A stretch of 63,209 bases of DNA, the filler included, from Octopus bimaculoides (taxonomy: Eukaryota): assembly GCF_001194135.2 (NCBI RefSeq). It is 6 parts of 6 records of this genome, joined end to end, with 100 filler letters (N's around TTAATTAATTAA, not from the genome) between each part and the next. Parts side by side here need not be neighbours in the genome. Positions count along the whole stretch, not along the records: positions 1 to 17,318 come from NC_068995.1; 5 more parts are not named here. One strand, 5' to 3'. The notes beneath the pieces were generated by a model. That model saw nothing but the letters and a program-made list of their open reading frames with translations. It searched no databases and was not told where the DNA came from. Made by a program: the position numbers and the translations under genes. Numbering within the stretch: the stretch's first letter is position 1; each line of letters begins with the position of its first letter. This document shows, piece by piece, positions 1-11,343 of this stretch.

Positions 1-47
<47 letters not shown>

Positions 48-401
48 ATATACACACATACATATATATATATAAATACATGCATATATACACACATATA
101 TGTACATACCTTACCTACATATATATGTATATATACCTGCTTATATGGGTACAGGACATCAAAAAAAAAACGTGGACAGAATGAGAAACGAAAACATAAA
201 AACAAAAACATAGAAAACGAACTTTTTTCGAACAACGAAAAAACAAACAAACATAGAAACGAAACAAGCAACATAAAGAACATTCCCTTCATCAGTTGTC
301 CCCTGTTTTATCTACTTCGCGTTTCGAAGGTATATATATATATATATATATATATAATTATGTATATATATTTGTTAAAGTCTGTTAAAGTCTGTCATAC
401 C

Positions 402-441
402 GGCCATGACGAAGGGAAATAGCCCTGAAACTCGAGTCGCC
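402..441 (+). ncRNA. Minimal type I hammerhead ribozyme-like motif (PLE-type)
   Basis: GGC-C(a)TGACGA-AGGG/aaatag/CCCT-GAAAC-tcga-GTC-GCC: stem I 3 bp, stem II 4 bp, palindromic stem III ACTCGAGT, GTC triplet, one extra A in the core. Confidence 0.65.
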
Positions 442-1320
442 TTTATATATATATATTTATATTTATATATTTATATATTTGATCCTTTATATTGAACACT
501 CAATATTTCATCTACATTCAATACNNNNNNNNNNNNNNNNNNNNNNNNNNNNNNNNNNNNNNNNNNNNNNNNNNNNNNNNNNNNNNNNNNNNNNNNNNNN
601 NNNNNNNNNNNNNNNNNNNNNNNNNNNNNNNNNNNNNNNNNNNNNNNNNNNNNNNNNNNNNNNNNNNNNNNNNNNNNNNNNNNNNNNNNNNNNNNNNNNN
701 NNNNNNNNNNNNNNNNNNNNNNNNNNNNNNNNNNNNNNNNNNNNNNNNNNNNNNNNNNNNNNNNNNNNNNNNNNNNNNNNNNNNNNNNNNNNNNNNNNNN
801 NNNNNNNNNNNNNNNNNNNNNNNNNNNNNNNNNNNNNNNNNNNNNNNNNNNNNNNNNNNNNNNNNNNNNNNNNNNNNNNNNNNNNNNNNNNNNNNNNNNN
901 NNNNNNNNNNNNNNNNNNNNNNNNNNNNNNNNNNNNNNNNNNNNNNNNNNNNNNNNNNNNNNNNNNNNNNNNNNNNNNNNNNNNNNNNNNNNNNNNNNNN
1001 NNNNNNNNNNNNNNNNNNNNNNNNNNNNNNNNNNNNNNNNNNNNNNNNNNNNNNNNNNNNNNNNNNNNNNNNNNNNNNNNNNNNNNNNNNNNNNNNNNNN
1101 NNNNNNNNNNNNNNNNNNNNNNNNNNNNNNNNNNNNNNNNNNNNNNNNNNNNNNNNNNNNNNNNNNNNNNNNNNNNNNNNNNNNNNNNNNNNNNNNNNNN
1201 NNNNNNNNNNNNNNNNNNNNNNATTCAGTACGTGGCGAGGCAATTAGCTGACCCCTCATTATAATTATGTATATAATTATAGTATATTACGTATATATCT
1301 ATAGGTATCTAAGTATGTAT

Positions 1321-1392
<72 letters not shown>

Positions 1393-1469
1393 TACATACA
1401 TTCATATGTGTGTATGTGTGTGCGCGCGCGTGCGTGTCTGTATATATATGTATGTGTGTGCGTGTGTGT

Positions 1470-1680
1470 GTCTTTGTGTCTGTGTCTGTCCTCTCGACCC
1501 CGCTTCACAATCGGTGTTGGTGGATTTGAGTCCCCGTGACTTAGCGGTTTGGCAAAAAAGAGCGATTGGATAAGTTACCAGGCTTAAAAAATAAGTATCG
1601 GGGTCGATTCATTCGACTAGAAATTCAAGGCGATACCCCAGCATGGCTGCAGTCTAATGACTGAAACAAATAAATGATAA
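1470..1680 (+). mobile_element. SINE family B, 3' half
   Basis: Matches the 3' half of the 29027-29438 copy (cccgtgacttagcggtttggcaaaa ... ccccagcatggctgcagtc). Confidence 0.75.
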
Positions 1681-1829
1681 ACGATAGAAGATATATACAT
1701 TGGTGTCATAGCTTTTAATCATTATATCTTTCCGATCAAAACAGACCACGCTCTCAATTGAGTAAATCAACCATTAATTAATTTTTTTTTCCAAGGTATT
1801 CACCTTCTCTTTCTCTTTCTCTCTCACTG

Positions 1830-2100
1830 CCAATTGACGACCTCTCTCTTACACATTTGTATCTGATGTCTCTAACGTTCTCTAAATTCTTCTAACTAAT
1901 AGCAAAAGTCACAACTGCCGCGCGTTCGTTCATTCAATGAATTTATCTCGGCTCAACACTTTCCCAAATCTTCACTCTCAGTGTTTCCAACTCCCACTGC
2001 TCCCCTTCGCCCTCGAACTCCTCCGACACAGACGCCGTTAGGTTCCGACACCAAATCCTTCGCCGTTCTCAACACAAGACGACTGCAAAGTCTTTGTTTA
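1830..2100 (-). mobile_element. Possible L1/Tx1-type ORF2 C-terminal remnant
   Basis: Minus strand gives LRVKI..KVLSRDKFIE*TNAR after a frameshift, resembling recalled Tx1 ORF2 C-termini. Weak and decayed. Confidence 0.3.
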
Positions 2101-2387
2101 CAGGTCTAGCGAATCAGGGTTAGACTATAGACTAACGCTAAACGACATTAATGAGGGGGCTCCTGAATTGTAGCATGATCTGCGAGTAATAGCAGTGAAA
2201 TCTCCTTAAGATCGCAACCTTCCGTTTTGTAAAGGGAAGGAGGCGTTAGGAAAATGCAATCTACCACTTGAAAATAAAAAGGAATAAATATAGATCTTAC
2301 AGTTCTATATTTAAGAGATGAGGAATTATGTACATTATTTACATTATTTACATTTGACGGATATTTGTCCTCATCTTGTTTGTTGAT

Positions 2388-2433
2388 AACACAACGTTTC
2401 GGCGGATATACCCTCCAGCCTTCATCAGGTGTC
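2388..2433 (-). ncRNA. Minimal hammerhead ribozyme in PLE 3' region
   Basis: Minus strand ACAC-CTGATGA-aGGCtGGA/gggtata/TCCGCC-GAAAC-GTT-GTGT: intact core, stem I ACAC/GTGT, palindromic AACGTT stem III. Confidence 0.8.
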
Positions 2434-2528
2434 TTGGGAAAATTTCGAACCTGGGTTCTCATTCATAAGGTATTTTTCGAAGTTGTTGTTGTTATCATTA
2501 TTATTATTATTATTACTATTATTATTCA

Positions 2529-2601
2529 GGTCACTGCTTGGAATCGAACTCGGAATCTTCAGGTTAGTAGCCCGCGCTCTTGACCACTACGCCATATGCC
2601 C
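2529..2601 (-). promoter_or_regulatory. tRNA-derived segment with Pol III A and B boxes inside the PLE
   Basis: A box TGGCGTAGTGG (2584-2594) and B box GAGTTCGATTCC (2540-2551) at tRNA spacing; anticodon-like loop CTACTAA. Acceptor and T stems are imperfect, so this is not called a functional tRNA. Confidence 0.75.
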
Positions 2602-3181
2602 GTGGGAAATAATGGAGTGAATTTTAGTGCTTATAAATCTAATATTTTCCTATCCTTCCTAAATACCGGTTCTCATATGGAGTTCATATCTGCACTCGGT
2701 CTGCTTAGAAGGTTGTTGTGCCCTAGCATGTGTGCTGCTTCTTTTAGTTTTCGTAATTTCCACTGGTGTTCTCTGTCTATTATTTTAACTTCATCCCACA
2801 GGGGGAGGTGGTCTCCATTTTCCCATACATGATCAGCTATACCCGATTTACCAATATCTCCTCGTATCACAGCTTTGCGATGTTCGTCTACCCTTATTTT
2901 GATGGGGCGGCATGTTTCGCATTTGTATAACCTACCACAGCTGCATGGGATGGAGCACACGCAGTTCTTGGTAATATTCTCTATATTTGCGAAGTGTTGT
3001 ATTACTCTTGAATACTGTCCTGATGTCATATGGGTCGCATATATCTTTTGTATTTTTTCGGAGAGGCCTTTCACATGGAGTAGACAGACTGTAGATAGTT
3101 TATTGGCTTCATCTTCTCTTTTCTTCATAACTAGAGTGGATAGTATGTTTTGGGGTAGTTATATATATATGTGTGTCTGTC

Positions 3182-3217
<36 letters not shown>

Positions 3218-3621
3218 TGTGTGTATTATGTATGTATGTATGTATAAAATACCCGTACGTACACATACACACATATAAGTGCATAAGGTAAATTCCCTGA
3301 TTCTCAAAGATATCAGGGTATTCGACGCAAGACCGAAATGAACACCAAAGGAAAACAACATCAACAGCCACAACAATATATTAATCTTCATCAACAACAA
3401 CAACAGCAACAACAACAGCAACAACAGCAACGGCAACAACGGCAACAACGGCATCAACAACATCGTACATCAATTTAATCTTCAACTATCAACAGGAGCA
3501 AGACATTTCTCATCGCGTTCATTATGGTCGTTACAATCAGCACCACTGTCAGCGCCGACCTCATCGCCACCGTTTCCACCACCGCAACTACCTCCATCAC
3601 CAGCACCAAAATCACTAGCAC

Positions 3622-3682
<61 letters not shown>

Positions 3683-4497
3683 GTTAATATCATTACCAAA
3701 CATTCCACCACTACCTGCCGCCACCAACAACAGCACAATCCTAAACAGCAACGAGGGTAACAAGGAGCCTCTAAGAGGTTGTTTAATCTGCAAGAGAGAG
3801 CAGCCAAATCTCCGTTAAGCCATAACTTACCGTCTTGAAAATCCTTCTACCAAAGACTACATAGATTTATGCAATGATTTGTTGGTACGTGTTAACTCTA
3901 GAACAAAATACTGGAGGATCATGGCGGGAACGACTTTGATCAAATATCTATTCTGTCATGAATAACCCAGAGCTTAACAACAGTAACAGCAATAGCAACC
4001 TATGTGGTCGCTTAACTGGCTAGTAATAGAAGTTAAATCACCGTCAAATCACAGTGTGACAATGAATATATAAAACTGACAGTATGATCACCAATCAATG
4101 TCTGGTTGAAGAACAAACGAAGCAATTCCTGAGCAGCTGAAGACGTCTTTACCCTTTTAAATAAAAGAAATATCAGCTCGTTCATTTTGGTGTTCTTACT
4201 GTTGGCGGAGGATTAAAATATAAGGAAAACTAATTCAGTTAGCACTAAGAAACAACACGAAAATATAGGTCTATATGCTGAGTAATGGGGAGCGTCTCCA
4301 ACAAAAAATATCTAGTTCCGAATTGTAATTCAAGCTCAGTATAAAGAACCAAAAGATTTCAGAACCATCATATGTATATATATATATATATATATCGTTC
4401 CAATTTTAGCGTATGTACGACAAACTTGTTACCAGTTCAAATATACTTGAAGCATATTCGCTGTATTTTATTATGAAGAAAATTTCTTGTTGTAGAT

Positions 4498-4836
4498 TAG
4501 GGGTTCTGAACCATTTATTATGAACTCCTTTGATTATTATTTTATTCTGGTGGACTCCCATAGCCATTCGATGTTTAGGAACTAATTTTATGGAGAGTTC
4601 TTTCAAAATTCCTATTTTGGTTTTCACTCATTAACTTGTGTAGATTGAACTAAGTGAAACATTAGAGAAAGAAACCTAGCTGTTCCTTGCAAACATACTG
4701 ATACATCTTGGGTAAAAAGTGTTCAGGGACCCTTAAAATACTATTGTGGATTCCCAGTTACTATTTTCTTGCCTGAGCCCCTAATAGTCTTATCTGGATA
4801 CTCAGGGGTCATATGGACCCCGGTTGAGAGCTACTG
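4498..4836. mobile_element. hAT (Charlie-like) MITE
   Basis: Imperfect 15-bp TIRs TAGGGGTTCTGAACC / CAGTAGCTCTCAACC (10/15). 8-bp TSD TTGTAGAT (4490-4497) / TTGTAGAC (4837-4844). Confidence 0.8.
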
Positions 4837-4879
4837 TTGTAGACGAATAAGTGTAAATACCCACCGAGTCAGTTCACAG

Positions 4880-4975
4880 TGTTCATTGTTCAATTCCTGG
4901 CGACGACTTGTGTCCTTGGGTGAAGCATTTTATTTTTCACGTTGCTCCAGTCTACCCAGCTGGCAAACCTGAGTC
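4880..4975 (+). mobile_element. SINE family D fragment
   Basis: tccttgggtgaagcattttatttttcacgttgctccagtctacccagctggcaaa matches the 55166-55430 copy. Confidence 0.55.
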
Positions 4976-5099
4976 GTGTTCATCCTTGTTACATTCTCTA
5001 TCATGCTGGATCTCTATGAGAACTGCGTTAGGAGCACGCAGGTTTGTGGAGTACTCAGCTACATGCATGTTTATTTCATGAGCAGGCTGCACCTAGAAA

Positions 5100-5389
5100 G
5101 TTACCCTCCCAGGCACAAGTCCGGGAAGGGTTGTTTATGGATGACCAGCAGTCGCCCATGCATACCGGCCTCCCCTCTCCACGCTACCAGTGTTATCCAA
5201 TGGAAAGGTGAAAGGACGATACAGCTTGGCACCTGTGACGTCGCAACTCATTTCTACAGCTGAGTGAACTGGAGCAACGTGAAATAAAGTGTCTTGCTCA
5301 AGAACACAACACGCAGCCCGGTCCGGCTTTCGAACTCACAATCTCACGATCGTAAGCTCGACGCTCTAACCAATGACCCATGCGCCTTC
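5100..5389 (-). mobile_element. tRNA-derived SINE family D (CORE-like central domain)
   Basis: Minus-strand tRNA-like head with a B box (gagttcgaaag), then ttgagcaagacactttatttcacgttgctccagttcactcagctgtagaaatgag. The 3' body differs from the 55166 copy. Confidence 0.75.
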
Positions 5390-5986
5390 TCACACANNNN
5401 NNNNNNNNNNNNNNNNNNNNNNNNNNNNNNNNNNNNNNNNNNNNNNNNNNNNNNNNNNNNNNNNNNNNNNNNNNNNNNNNNNNNNNNNNNNNNNNNNNNN
5501 NNNNNNNNNNNNNNNNNNNNNNNNNNNNNNNNNNTATATATATATGCATATAACGTAGCAAACACGTAATATCACTCTCAAAACCAATTCGACTCCCCCA
5601 ACACTACAACAATTGCAACAACAACTTGTCGAAACCTAATGATAATATCTAAAGAATGAAAGACACGAGTAGAATTGATGTCGGAGAAGAATTTTTTTTT
5701 TAACGAAAGAATGTCTGAGATATGAGAGAGATGATATATTTGTATGAAGACGATAGACTTGGTTAACTCGTTTGGCAATTAGTATATGTGCGCATGTGCG
5801 TGTTTGTCAATGTGTATATGTGTGATTTTGTGTGTGCGTGCGTGTGTGCTTGTAGGTTTGTGTGTGAATGTGTTTGAACGTTTATGTGAGTTTGTGCATG
5901 TGGATATGTGTGATTGCACATTATAGTAGTAGTAGTAGTAGTGATGGTCGTCGTGGTCGTGGTGCTAGTGGTGCTGCTGCTGCTGC

Positions 5987-6027
<41 letters not shown>

Positions 6028-6572
6028 ATGATGATAATGGTGATGACTACGATGATGATGATGAAGAGTCCTTCATCGTGTAAAAAGAAAAGCTTTGAGT
6101 TGTCCTTTCTATAAAAGAGATAAAGCGTGAGGGCGGGGGTGACAGAAAAGTGTCAATGTTTATGGATGTAATCTTTCTTTGAGCAAAAGAGAAAAGTTTT
6201 GGCATGTTCTTGGAGAAACAGAGTGCTTTCTTTTCTTTCTTTGTTTCTCATTCCAAAAGTTCTCACCATTTCCGTCTCTTCATCAGGAAGGGTTCAACTT
6301 TAAAACTTGCAAACTTCCTCTCAAAATGACATAAATTAAAACAACTTTTTTTTTTATTTAAATACAATTCTGATCGACACAGACCATCAGCAATTCGATT
6401 GTAGTCTGCTTTTTATCTTTGTTTAACCTGTTATCTCTATAGATACCGCACGAATGTGTATATGTAGTTAACCCTGCATACAGGTCAAGGCACACACATA
6501 CGCATTAATGAATTTGTGTGCGTGTGTATGTGTGCGTGTCTGTGAAAAATATGATTATTGTAATGTGTGTAA

Positions 6573-6603
<31 letters not shown>

Positions 6604-6835
6604 CAGAGAGAGAGGCATACACAGATACAGTGGACGCTAAGTCACATGTTCACTAACTCAAAGGTAAAAACAGACATACACGCACTCATCCGTAAATCTC
6701 TTTCGTTCTCTCTCTGTTTCTCTCTCTCTCACACACACATGCACATGAATATTGTAAGTAAATACTTGTCCCTCTCATTAGCAGCTTCAAGTAAATTCTC
6801 TGTCTCTCTTTCTCTTTCTCACTCATATTATAACC

Positions 6836-6877
<42 letters not shown>

Positions 6878-6886
6878 GTCTGTCTG

Positions 6887-6923
<37 letters not shown>

Positions 6924-6940
6924 ATCTATCTCTCTATCTA

Positions 6941-6973
<33 letters not shown>

Positions 6974-7166
6974 CTTTCTATCTACCTTTCTGTCTGTCTA
7001 TCTATCGACAGTCAGATAGAGACGTGCGTGTGTGAATGCGTTTATGTGTGTGTTTTATGTGTATACGTGTATGTGTTTGTGTGTATATGTGTGTACGCAT
7101 GTATGTATGTGTGCATATATACACATCGAGAGACAGAAAGAGAGAGAGAGAGATTTATACATATAT

Positions 7167-7220
<54 letters not shown>

Positions 7221-7792
7221 ATATATAAATATACATATATGATGCATGTCAGTCTGTCTCTGTTTATCTGTCTCTATCTATATCAACCGACAGTCTACCT
7301 ACCGAACTATCTATCCATCCATACTCCATACCCTCAACTACTCCCACCTCTCTACAATCAGACCCCGTAGACTCATAAAACCCACTTAACGTTTCGACAT
7401 TTCTTCAATTATTTTCAAAACTTTCCCCTGCTCCTCATTTTATCATTTTAAAACGTAACCTCCCCACCACCACGCCTCTTCCCCTCATGCTGGTGTCTAT
7501 CTGTCAGTCTGTCTATCTTGTCATTCGTGTATTACTACATGTCTATCTCTATCATTGAACATCATCCGACTCGTAACTCCGACCATCGACCTCTCCAACG
7601 CGCTTTGTCTTCTCTTCCTCTCCGTGTATATGTATGCCTAATAATCACGCCACACTCATACACGCATTAGCGCGTGCACACACACACACACACACAGACA
7701 CACACAGCTACATGTGTACATATTCATATACATAAATGTGTACATGTGTGTGTGTGTCTGTTTGTATTAAACTCTCTCTCACACACACACTC

Positions 7793-7825
<33 letters not shown>

Positions 7826-8888
7826 NNNNNNNNNNNNNNNNNNNNNNNNNNNNNNNNNNNNNNNNNNNNNNNNNNNNNNNNNNNNNNNNNNNNNNNNNNN
7901 NNNNNNNNNNNNNNNNNNNNNNNNNNNNNNNNNNNNNNNNNNNNNNNNNNNNNNNNNNNNNNNNNNNNNNNNNNNNNNNNNNNNNNNNNNNNNNNNNNNN
8001 NNNNNNNNNNNNNNNNNNNNNNNNNNNNNNNNNNNNNNNNNNNNNNNNNNNNNNNNNNNNNNNNNNNNNNNNNNNNNNNNNNNNNNNNNNNNNNNNNNNN
8101 NNNNNNNNNNNNNNNNNNNNNNNNNNNNNNNNNNNNNNNNNNNNNNNNNNNNNNNNNNNNNNNNNNNNNNNNNNNNNNNNNNNNNNNNNNNNNNNNNNNN
8201 NNNNNNNNNNGTCTGTCATGAATGTCGATTAATTTTTAGAAATCACTTAACTTTAAATCTTTCGTCTTTTGTAATATTGCCTTTATTTATTTATTTATTC
8301 ATTTGTTTGTTTATTGTTGTTTATTTTTGTTTATTGTTTGTGTCTTTGTTGTTTGTGTTTATGCTTCCTGTTTGTTTGTTTTTATGCATATTGCTTCTTT
8401 GTTTATAATTCTTTTTTATTGTTTTGCGTATACAATTTTTTTTTATTTTTTTTTTTATTTTCTGTGTATACATGTATATATATATACATGCATGTGTATG
8501 CGCACGCGTGTGTTTGTGTGTTTATGGATTTTCTTGTTTATTGTTTGTGTTTGTAGATTTGTTTACATTTATGTTTATAGATTTTCTTGTCTGTTTCGCA
8601 TTTATGGTGTTCTTGTTCTTCTTATTGTCGTTCTTGCTTTTCTTCATATTTAAATTCTATAAGAAGAAATTATAACTGTCAATGTTTTTTCATTGTTATT
8701 TATATTTTGTTGGTCTTCTATAAATTGTTATTGTTGCTGATGTTGCTACTGTTTGTATTTGTTGTGGCTGTTGTCTCTGCTACCGCTGTTCTCGTTACTA
8801 TTATTGTTGTTATTGTAGTTGATGTTCATATTAATGGTAATGTTGCTTTTACGCTTCTTGTTTATTATTATTTATGCTGTTGTAACCT

Positions 8889-9295
8889 AAGACGGCGAGC
8901 TGGCAGAATCGTTAGCAAACCGGTCGAAGTGTATTTCGTGAGTCTTTACGTTCTGAGTTCGTGATCACATTTTGCTCTTCATTTTTGTGGGGTTGACAAC
9001 AATAAGTAACAGTTGAATACAAGGGTTGATGTAATCGATTTACCACTTCCCAAAGTCACTGGACATGTTCCAAAATATGAAATCTATTTTATTACATTAG
9101 GCGGCGAGCTGGCAGAATCGTTAAGCAAGCTGTGTGGAATGCTTAGTAGTATTCCATCCGTCTTTATGTTCTGAGTTCAAATTCCGCCGAGGTAAACCTT
9201 TTATCTTTTCGAGGTAGATAAATTAAGTAGCAGTGAAATACTGAGGTCGATGTAATCGACTCGTCTATAAATGTAGAAATTCCAGGTTTTGGTGA
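8889..9295 (+). mobile_element. Two head-to-tail copies of SINE family A
   Basis: Heads aagacggcgagctggcagaatcgttagc (8889) and aggcggcgagctggcagaatcgtta (9099); B box gagttcaaattcc. Confidence 0.85.
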
Positions 9296-9366
9296 AATAT
9301 TTTTGCATAACATAGATAAATAAATAAATGGAGTTAAACGCAGGTGTTATTCAAATCATTATACTT

Positions 9367-9449
9367 CCAACATATGTTTCGTAGAAAACATTGGTGCTAT
9401 ACCAGAAGGAATAAAATGATGTAAAACAATGCAATCTTCTCATCAGGGG
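9367..9449 (-). ncRNA. Hammerhead-like motif with extended stem II (copy 1)
   Basis: ccc-CTGATGA-gaaga...tctac-GAAAC-atat-GTT-ggaa; the core is intact (tcatcag at 9440-9446 on +). Confidence 0.6.
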
Positions 9450-10184
9450 TAAAAAAGAGAAACAAAACGCATCAATAAGACATTTTAACTGAATGTGATT
9501 ACTGCATGTATGGTGAAGGGAACGCCGGTACGTTATTAAGGAAAGACCGTTAATATATATAGTGTCAAAGGCAATTTATAGAAAGAGAGGGAGGGGGAAG
9601 AAAGAAAGTAGCATAAAATTAAAAGTGAAGAAATATAGTGCGATAGGTGAATAAGAATAAAGGTTAAAGGCATGGAAGTAGATATATTTAGTGGAAGTGA
9701 AATGTAAGAAGATAGTTAAAGGTCGAATTTTATAGACTGATGGAAATAACATGTAGGAACTAAAGAGATGTTTTTGCCAATGTTTGCAATGGTAAACGCA
9801 TTCTTTGAACGTGTTTACAAGAGGATTCTCTGAGAACAGGATGAAATACATTTCATCGTTACAGAGCGAACAAAAAGATTTACCTTTATCATACGGAAAT
9901 GTTTTAGATAGAATATTCCATTCCAAATCAAATTGTTTATTATGAAATATATTTATTCCCATGCCATTAACCTTTATTCCTATTCACCTATCGCACTATA
10001 TTTCCCCACTTTTAATTTTCTGCTAATATCTTTCTTCCTCCTCTTTCTCTTTCTATAACTTGCCTTTGACGCTATATATATGTACTGGTTTAAGAAAAAA
10101 TAACGTATCAGAGTCCTCTTAATCATATATGCAGTAATCGCATTCAATTAAAATGCCTTATTGATGCGTTCTGTTTCTCTTTTA

Positions 10185-10272
10185 TTTCCCCTGATATGAA
10201 GATTGCATTGTTTTACATCATTTTATTCCTTCTGGAATTATACCAATGTTTTCTTCGAAACATATGTCGGAA
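10185..10272 (+). ncRNA. Hammerhead-like motif with extended stem II (copy 2)
   Basis: ttccc-CTGATat-GAAGA...TCTTC-GAAAC-atat-GTC-ggaa; GTC triplet at 10266-10268, core mutated. Confidence 0.55.
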
Positions 10273-11241
10273 GTATAAAGATTTGAATAACACCTGCGTT
10301 ATTCAAAGTATCAAATTATATATATATNNNNNNNNNNNNNNNNNNNNNNNNNNNNNNNNNNNNNNNNNNNNNNNNNNNNNNNNNNNNNNNNNNNNNNNNN
10401 NNNNNNNNNNNNNNNNNNNNNNNNNNNNNNNNNNNNNNNNNNNNNNNNNNNNNNNNNNNNNNNNNNNNNNNNNNNNNNNNNNNNNNNNNNNNNNNNNNNN
10501 NNNNNNNNNNTATATATATATATATATATATGCATATACAAACAGACAGAGAGAAAAGATGCACATACATGAGCAGTCACAGTGAAGTGCACAAACGTAA
10601 TCACATAATGAAACAAAGACACATACACACATGCATACACACGCAAAATGCATACATCAAGCACACCTACACACATACACGCCCAGTTATGCACACACTC
10701 ACACACATATATCGTAGACATTTACATACAACGCAGGTACCGAAATCACCACACACATAGGCACGCACACACACATACACACACACATAGAGAAACACGC
10801 ACGTATACACAAACTCATGCACAAGTGTACGACCAGACAGACAGACCAGTTGGGCGGTATATAAAAGGTGTGATTGAATCAATAGCAAAACTGTTTCTTC
10901 AATGGCAGCAGAACGCTAAATAAACACGCCAACTTCTAACTACTTAAAGCTGGTCGCCATATTTGTTCTACCAATTCCCTTTATCTTTTCTATTTCTCTT
11001 TTCTTTTCTTCCTACTTTATCTTTTCGTTTACTATACTTTATTATTTTTACCTGCCCCGTCCTTTTCTGCTTTCGTTTCTTTCTGCCTTCTTTCTCTTTA
11101 GATATTTCTTTAAATCTCTCTTCCTTTCTTTCCTCCGATTTTCATTCAATATCTCATTGCAATCTTTTATTTTACGTTCTCTCGGTCGCACTGTTTATTT
11201 TTCTCTCCGCCTTCTGTCTTTCATATTTTTATCATTCTCTA

Positions 11242-11343
11242 TCTTCTTCTTCTTCTTCTTCTTCTTCTTCTTCTTCTTCTTCTTCTTCTTCTTCTTCTTC
11301 TTCTTCTTCTTCTTCTTCTTCTTCTTCTTCTTCTTCTTCTTCT
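11242..11343. repeat. Perfect (TTC)n tract, about 33 units
   Basis: Read directly from the sequence. Confidence 0.95.

Larger units (their letters stand above)
2300..3150 (-). mobile_element. 5'-truncated Penelope-like element: GIY-YIG endonuclease end plus 3' pseudo-LTR
   Basis: ORF 2673-3128 has IPCSCGRLYKCETCRPIKIRVDEH..SGIADH..RKLKEA (PLE GIY-YIG/CCHH). It is followed by a tRNA-like segment, (AAT)n, a hammerhead motif and a short tandem tail. Confidence 0.9.
9335..10310 (-). mobile_element. PLE 3' fragment flanked by inverted pseudo-LTRs
   Basis: Minus ORF WNILSKTFPYDKGKSFCSLCNDEMYFIL..CKHWQKHL resembles the CxLC..CRH C-terminus of PLE endonucleases. About 9345-9675 is the reverse complement of about 9958-10305. 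Confidence 0.8.

Noticed and set aside
272-330. Permuted (type II-like) hammerhead: ccttc-GAAAC...CTGATGA-aggg on the minus strand
   Set aside because: Stems I and III could not be formed convincingly. It may be a TE tail but is not supportable as a ribozyme.
2529-2601. Functional tRNA-Ser(ACT) gene
   Set aside because: Acceptor and T stems pair poorly and it is embedded in a PLE. The SINE heads were rejected as tRNA genes for the same reasons.
2673-2675. In-frame TGA as selenocysteine in the PLE ORF
   Set aside because: Context MNSI*EP fits a TGG-to-TGA mutation of a Trp codon, and no SECIS was recognised.
3500-3760. Poly-His/Gln/Asp low-complexity ORFs (also 5868-6083 and 18295-18490)
   Set aside because: Compound trinucleotide repeats without splice signals or unique coding sequence.
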